From positions 345,516-409,515 of the forward strand of contig JADKKK010000003.1 in the NCBI GenBank assembly GCA_016720545.1: DNA of 64,000 nt, in the 5' to 3' direction. A program made the translations under genes and the position numbers. Shown here one piece after another: positions 60,381 through 64,000 of this stretch. Each line of letters begins with the position of its first letter. The first letter of the stretch is position 1. Source of the stretch: Myxococcales bacterium (GTDB lineage: Bacteria > Myxococcota_A > Polyangia > Polyangiales > Polyangiaceae). Under the pieces are notes generated by a model. It did no database searches. It saw only the letters and a list, made by a program, of their open reading frames with translations, and had not been told where the DNA came from.

Positions 60381-60829
60381 GCGCTCTAGCTAGCTAAGCT
60401 AGTCGCTGCGCTTTCGGCTCCGGGACCGCTTGCTCCGGGTCCGGCACCTCAGGCTTGGGGCCGGTCACTTTTTTCCCTTTCTCGGCCGCCTCTCGCTCCC
60501 GCTCCGCGCGCTTTGCGATGGCCTCCGCGGGCGGGCCTCACTTCCAGGTTCGCCATCGCCCGTGGTGAAGCGGTTGAAGCGGTCGCCGCGGTGGAGATCG
60601 CCGCCCACGCGGGGGACGCCACCCAAGAAGCGGCCGACCGATGCGTCGTCCTCGGGGATCGGTTGGTGGCGCTCCTCACGGGCCTCATCCGCCGCTGAGG
60701 GTTCGCGCTCGCCGCCCGCGGCTTCGGGTCGCGGTCGCGGTCGGGGGTCGGGGTCGCGGTCGGGGGTCGCGGGTCGGGGTCGCGGTCGGGTGGCGTTGGT
60801 CTTTTCCCGACACACTCCTAGCTAGAGCG
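60381..60829. mobile_element. ~450-bp MITE-like element bounded by perfect 12-bp inverted repeats CGCTCTAGCTAG / CTAGCTAGAGCG. Contains hexanucleotide (GGGTCG/CGGTCG) repeats and a small RP/DP-rich ORF (60465..60815, minus strand).
   Basis: Seen directly. Termini share GCGCTCTAG with the 14937-15097 family. Confidence 0.55.
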
Positions 60830-61736
60830 ACGTGTTCATCACCGCGCGCGTGACGGTGTCGGCCACGAGGGGGTACTTGTTCGCGCTCAAGGGCACCGGG
60901 AACGCCACCCCGGTGAGCTTGCAGCCGGCCTTCGCGCCGGCGAACTCTACCAGCCCGGTGCCGGGCGTGACATTGGAGATGAACACGTTGGCGCCGCGAT
61001 CGCCGGCGCTGGCGGTGAGCGCGAGGTTCGGGTTGAAGGAGCCCGAGTCGGCGTACTGAACCACGGCCTCCGGGTGGCCCGGGATCGTCACGACGAAGCC
61101 GCTCGCGTCGCAGGTGGGCTCGGCCCTGTTGATCACCAGGTAGAAATGGGCCTTCGCGGCGTTGTAGGTGGCGTCGAAGGACCCCATGGTCGTCTTCGCG
61201 AACACGGAGACGTCGGTGTCGGTCCGCACGCCGGGGGGGAAGTTGTAGACGACGCTCGCGCTCTTGTAGAAATCCGCGGGGTTCGTGGACGTCACGAGCA
61301 GGTAGTGGTTCACGCCAGTGGTCGGAGTGAAGCGCACGCGCGAGCCGGCGTAGGGGAGGGGCGCGCTCGTCCCCTGGCACGCGTCCACGAGCTGGATCGA
61401 GGTCTTGCCGCTGGGGTCGGTCCCGCTGTTCGCGGGGTTGAGCTTCACATCGGTCGCGCCCTTGTCGGTGCACGCGCCGGCCTCCGTAGGAGCGTCGGGC
61501 GAGGCGTCGACTGGCGGGGGTGCATCGGGCGTGGCAGCGTCCGTCGCCGTCGCTGACGCGTCGGGGGTCGGCGTGGTGGTCGTCGTCGTCGCCGTCGTCG
61601 TGGTCGTCGTGGTCGGCGCGGGGCCCGCGTCGGTCGCGGCCGGATCGCTGCTGCAGGCGCCGAGGGGCGCGAGGGGCGCGATCGCGCCGACGGCGAGGAG
61701 GGCGAGCAGCGGACGCTTCAGGGTGAAGTTGTGCAT
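60822..61736 (-). CDS. Lipoprotein with poly-Thr linker (304 aa)
   Basis: LAPLGACSS lipobox. TTTTTTTATTTTTT encoded by a (GTC)n tract. CTAGCTAG sits at both gene ends (60818, 61744). Confidence 0.6.
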   Translation of the reverse strand: MHNFTLKRPLLALLAVGAIAPLAPLGACSSDPAATDAGPAPTTTTTTTATTTTTTPTPDASATATDAATPDAPPPVDASPDAPTEAGACTDKGATDVKLNPANSGTDPSGKTSIQLVDACQGTSAPLPYAGSRVRFTPTTGVNHYLLVTSTNPADFYKSASVVYNFPPGVRTDTDVSVFAKTTMGSFDATYNAAKAHFYLVINRAEPTCDASGFVVTIPGHPEAVVQYADSGSFNPNLALTASAGDRGANVFISNVTPGTGLVEFAGAKAGCKLTGVAFPVPLSANKYPLVADTVTRAVMNTSL

Positions 61737-61912
61737 GAGGCCTAGCTAGGGGGGGGCGAGTGAAGGTGGGTACAAGCATACGCGGCCGAGGCGGAGAGGC
61801 AACCGAACATCGAGCGCCCGCGAGGAGCGGCGAACGCAGCGATGCGAGGCGGGCCGGGCGCGGCGAGCTTGGAGATTGCGCCACGCCTCGCGCGGCGCTA
61901 CGAGGTCCGGGG

Positions 61913-62680
61913 TTGCCCACGGCCATCGACATACGCGGGGTGCACCGGCGCTTCGTGACGGGCGGGGGCACTCTCGCCACGCGCGCGACGGTCACCGCTC
62001 TCGACGGCGTCGACCTCGCCATCGAGGAGGGCAGCTTCGTGGCGCTCATCGGCCCCTCCGGCTGCGGCAAGTCGACCTTGCTCCGCATCATCGCCGGGCT
62101 CGACGCGCCCGACGAAGGGACCGTACGGCTCGACCCGGACCACGCGCGCGCCATCGCCTACGTGTTCCAGGACGCGCACCTCATGCCGTGGCGCACGGTG
62201 GCCGAGAACGTGGGGCTGCCGCTCGAGCTGCGCGGTGTGCCGCGCTCCGAGCGCGAGGCGGCGGTGGCAGCCGCGCTGGAGCAGGTGGAGCTCGCGGACG
62301 CGGCGACGCGCTACCCGGCCGCGCTCTCGGGCGGCATGCGCATGCGCGCGTCGATCGCGCGGGCGCTCGTCACGCGGCCTCGCCTGTTGCTCATGGACGA
62401 GCCGTTCGCGGCGCTCGATGAGCTCACCCGCCAGCGCCTCGACGAGCGCCTCCTCGCGCTCTGGCGCGAGCACCGCTTCACGGCCCTGTTCGTGACGCAC
62501 GCGATCTTCGAGGCGACGTTCCTCGCGGAGCGCGCCGTCGTGCTCTCCGGTCGACCCGCGCGGGTGCTCCACGACGCCGCGATCGACCTACCGCCAGAGC
62601 GTACGGCCGCCCTCCGCGGCGAGCCCGCCTTCGCGCGCGAGGCCGCGAGGCTCCTCGCCGCGCTCGACGAGGGCGCGTGA
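61913..62680 (+). CDS. ABC transporter ATP-binding protein (NitT/TauT family: sulfonate/nitrate/taurine type)
   Basis: GPSGCGKSTLL, LSGGMRMRASIARAL, LLLMDEPFAALD. Start codon uncertain (61760-61925). Confidence 0.8.
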   Translation: MPTAIDIRGVHRRFVTGGGTLATRATVTALDGVDLAIEEGSFVALIGPSGCGKSTLLRIIAGLDAPDEGTVRLDPDHARAIAYVFQDAHLMPWRTVAENVGLPLELRGVPRSEREAAVAAALEQVELADAATRYPAALSGGMRMRASIARALVTRPRLLLMDEPFAALDELTRQRLDERLLALWREHRFTALFVTHAIFEATFLAERAVVLSGRPARVLHDAAIDLPPERTAALRGEPAFAREAARLLAALDEGA

Positions 62681-63450
62681 CGCGAGCGACGCGCGTCGTG
62701 CTCCCACCGCTCCTCGCCGCGGCGGTGGGCCTCGCGCTGTGGGAGGGCGCGGCGCGCGGGCTCGCGATCCCCGCGTACCTCCTCCCGCCGCCGAGCGCCG
62801 TGGCGCGCGCGCTGGTCAGCGAGGCCTCGGTGCTCGCGGCGGCGACGGCCACCACAGCGGCGGCCGCGCTGGCCGGCTTCGTCGCGAGCGCCGTGCTCGG
62901 CGTCGCGTTCGGCTTCCTCCTCGCCTCCTCGCGCACGATCGAGCGCGGCCTCTACCCCTACGCCGTGATCCTCCAGACCGTCCCGATCGTCGCGATCGCC
63001 CCGCTGCTCGTGCTCTGGTGCGGCGTGGGCTCGCGCGCCGTCGCGGCCTCGGCGTTCATCGTCTCGGTCTTCCCCGTGATCACGAGCTCGCTCGCAGGCG
63101 TACGAGCTGTGGACCCCTCGCTCCGCGCGCTGTTCGCGCTCTATCGGGCCTCTCGCTTTCAAGTGCTCGTGAAGCTCGAGCTGCCCGGGGCAGCCCCACA
63201 GATCGCCACGGGTCTCCGCGTCGCGTGCGGCCTCGCGGTGATCGGCGCGATCGTCGGCGAGTTCGTCGCCGGCTTCTCCGAGGGGAGCCCAGGGCTCGGC
63301 ATCCTCGTCATGACCTCGTACCGACAGCTCCGCACCGACCTCCTGTTCGCGGCGGTGGGCTGCTCCTCGCTGCTCGGCATGGCGATGCTCGGGGCGGTCT
63401 CGCTGGTGTCGCATGGCCTCCTGCGTCGCTGGTGCGCGCCCGCGCGCTGA
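62677..63450 (+). CDS. ABC transporter permease (SsuC/TauC type)
   Basis: Six predicted TM segments. GTGA overlap with the ATPase stop. Confidence 0.75.
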   Translation: MTRATRVVLPPLLAAAVGLALWEGAARGLAIPAYLLPPPSAVARALVSEASVLAAATATTAAAALAGFVASAVLGVAFGFLLASSRTIERGLYPYAVILQTVPIVAIAPLLVLWCGVGSRAVAASAFIVSVFPVITSSLAGVRAVDPSLRALFALYRASRFQVLVKLELPGAAPQIATGLRVACGLAVIGAIVGEFVAGFSEGSPGLGILVMTSYRQLRTDLLFAAVGCSSLLGMAMLGAVSLVSHGLLRRWCAPAR

Positions 63451-63471
63451 GCGCGCTGATCGGGTATGTAG

Positions 63472-64000
63472 GTGGGTATGCGCCGCCGCCTCGCCCTCGG
63501 GCTCCTCGCCGCCATGCCGCTCGTCCTGCTCGGCTGCAAGGGCGGCTCGAAGCCGGACCCTCAGGGACACGCCGCGGGCTCCGACGCCGCGCGGGTGACG
63601 AGGGTAAAGGTCCAGCTGAACTGGGTCCCCGAGCCCGAATTCGGTGGGCTCTACGCCGCGAGAGAGAGCGGCGCCTACGCGCGTGCCGGACTCGACGTCG
63701 ACATCCTCGGCGGCGGGCCTGGCTCGCCGGTCGTGCAGCTCGTCGCGAGCGGCCAGGCCGACTTCGCGGTGGCGGGCGCCGACGACGTGGTCCTCGCGCG
63801 CTCGCGAGGCGCGGACCTCGTCGCCGTCTTCGGCACGTTCCAGACCTCGCCGCAGGGCATCATGGTGCACGCGGGCAAGTACCTCGCGTCGCTGGCCGAC
63901 CTCAAGTCCGGCACCCTCGTGCTCGAGCCGGGCTCCCCTTCGGGATGTACCTGAAGAAGAAGTTCGGGTTCGCCGGAGCGAAGCTCGTGCCGTACGACGG
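63472..64000 (+). pseudogene. ABC substrate-binding lipoprotein (NMT1/SsuA-like), 3'-partial; frameshift at about 63940
   Basis: Lipobox PLVLLGC. VKVQLNWVPEPEFGGLYAA. Continues in another frame as GLPFGMYLKKKFGFAGAKLVPYD. Confidence 0.7.

Noticed and set aside
60465-60815. 116-aa RP/DP-rich minus-strand ORF inside the inverted-repeat element
   Set aside because: Composition follows the (GGGTCG)n DNA repeat and alternative frames look equally protein-like. Treated as part of the repeat element rather than a confident CDS.
1-64000. CRISPR arrays, rRNA and tRNA genes
   Set aside because: No regularly spaced direct repeats with unique spacers. The tandem repeats found are all in-frame coding microsatellites. 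No tRNA-like cloverleaf or T-loop candidates were found in intergenic regions, and no rRNA-like conserved stretches.

Overview
This window is ~70% GC with strongly GC3-biased codons, so nearly every frame carries long spurious ORFs. Genes were called by protein-family recognition, not ORF length. A MYXO-CTERM sorting signal, many Ser/Thr kinases and many lipoproteins point to a Myxococcota chromosome, probably Sorangiineae-like. This is inference; no search was run.

Main content, in order:
- Nucleotide salvage: punA, cdd.
- A PEGA-domain outer-membrane protein and ppk1.
- A DHH phosphoesterase and an Fmt-like formyltransferase.
- A PilZ protein with PMAPQA repeats, a rhodanese and gluQ.
- A Ser/Thr kinase next to a secreted PAAR-domain protein, a FecR-like partner and a beta-helix MYXO-CTERM protein.
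- A patatin gene and a ~1450-aa kinase / cyclase-like / AAA / TPR signalling protein.
- A DUF4388 / J-domain / TPR protein.
- A metabolic block: aldo-keto reductase, PhyH dioxygenase, hpt, bdhA, phaZ, ArsR with SRPBCC, adenylate cyclase, methyltransferase, epimerase, acyltransferase, proB.
- An S1 protease, two divergent ATP-grasp ligase paralogs, an esterase, ACBP and glgA.
- A VOC protein with a histone-H1-like AAPKK tail.
- A run of lipoprotein and envelope genes, including a YiiX-like C92 lipoprotein and a TRL-like small protein.
- A lower-GC WbpG-like amidotransferase plus a GNAT gene.
- An SsuB/SsuC/SsuA-type ABC importer.

Non-coding findings:
- A family of palindromic MITE-like elements with GCGCTCTAG / CTAGCTAG termini (14937-15097, 55470-55548, 60381-60829).
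- A ~300-bp hairpin element downstream of proB.
- Several in-frame tandem repeats.
- Many known genes are broken by homopolymer-type single-base indels. These cluster in 1-11.2 kb, 18.5-29 kb and at the window end. This suggests assembly indel errors or local pseudogenisation.

No rRNA, tRNA or CRISPR array was seen.
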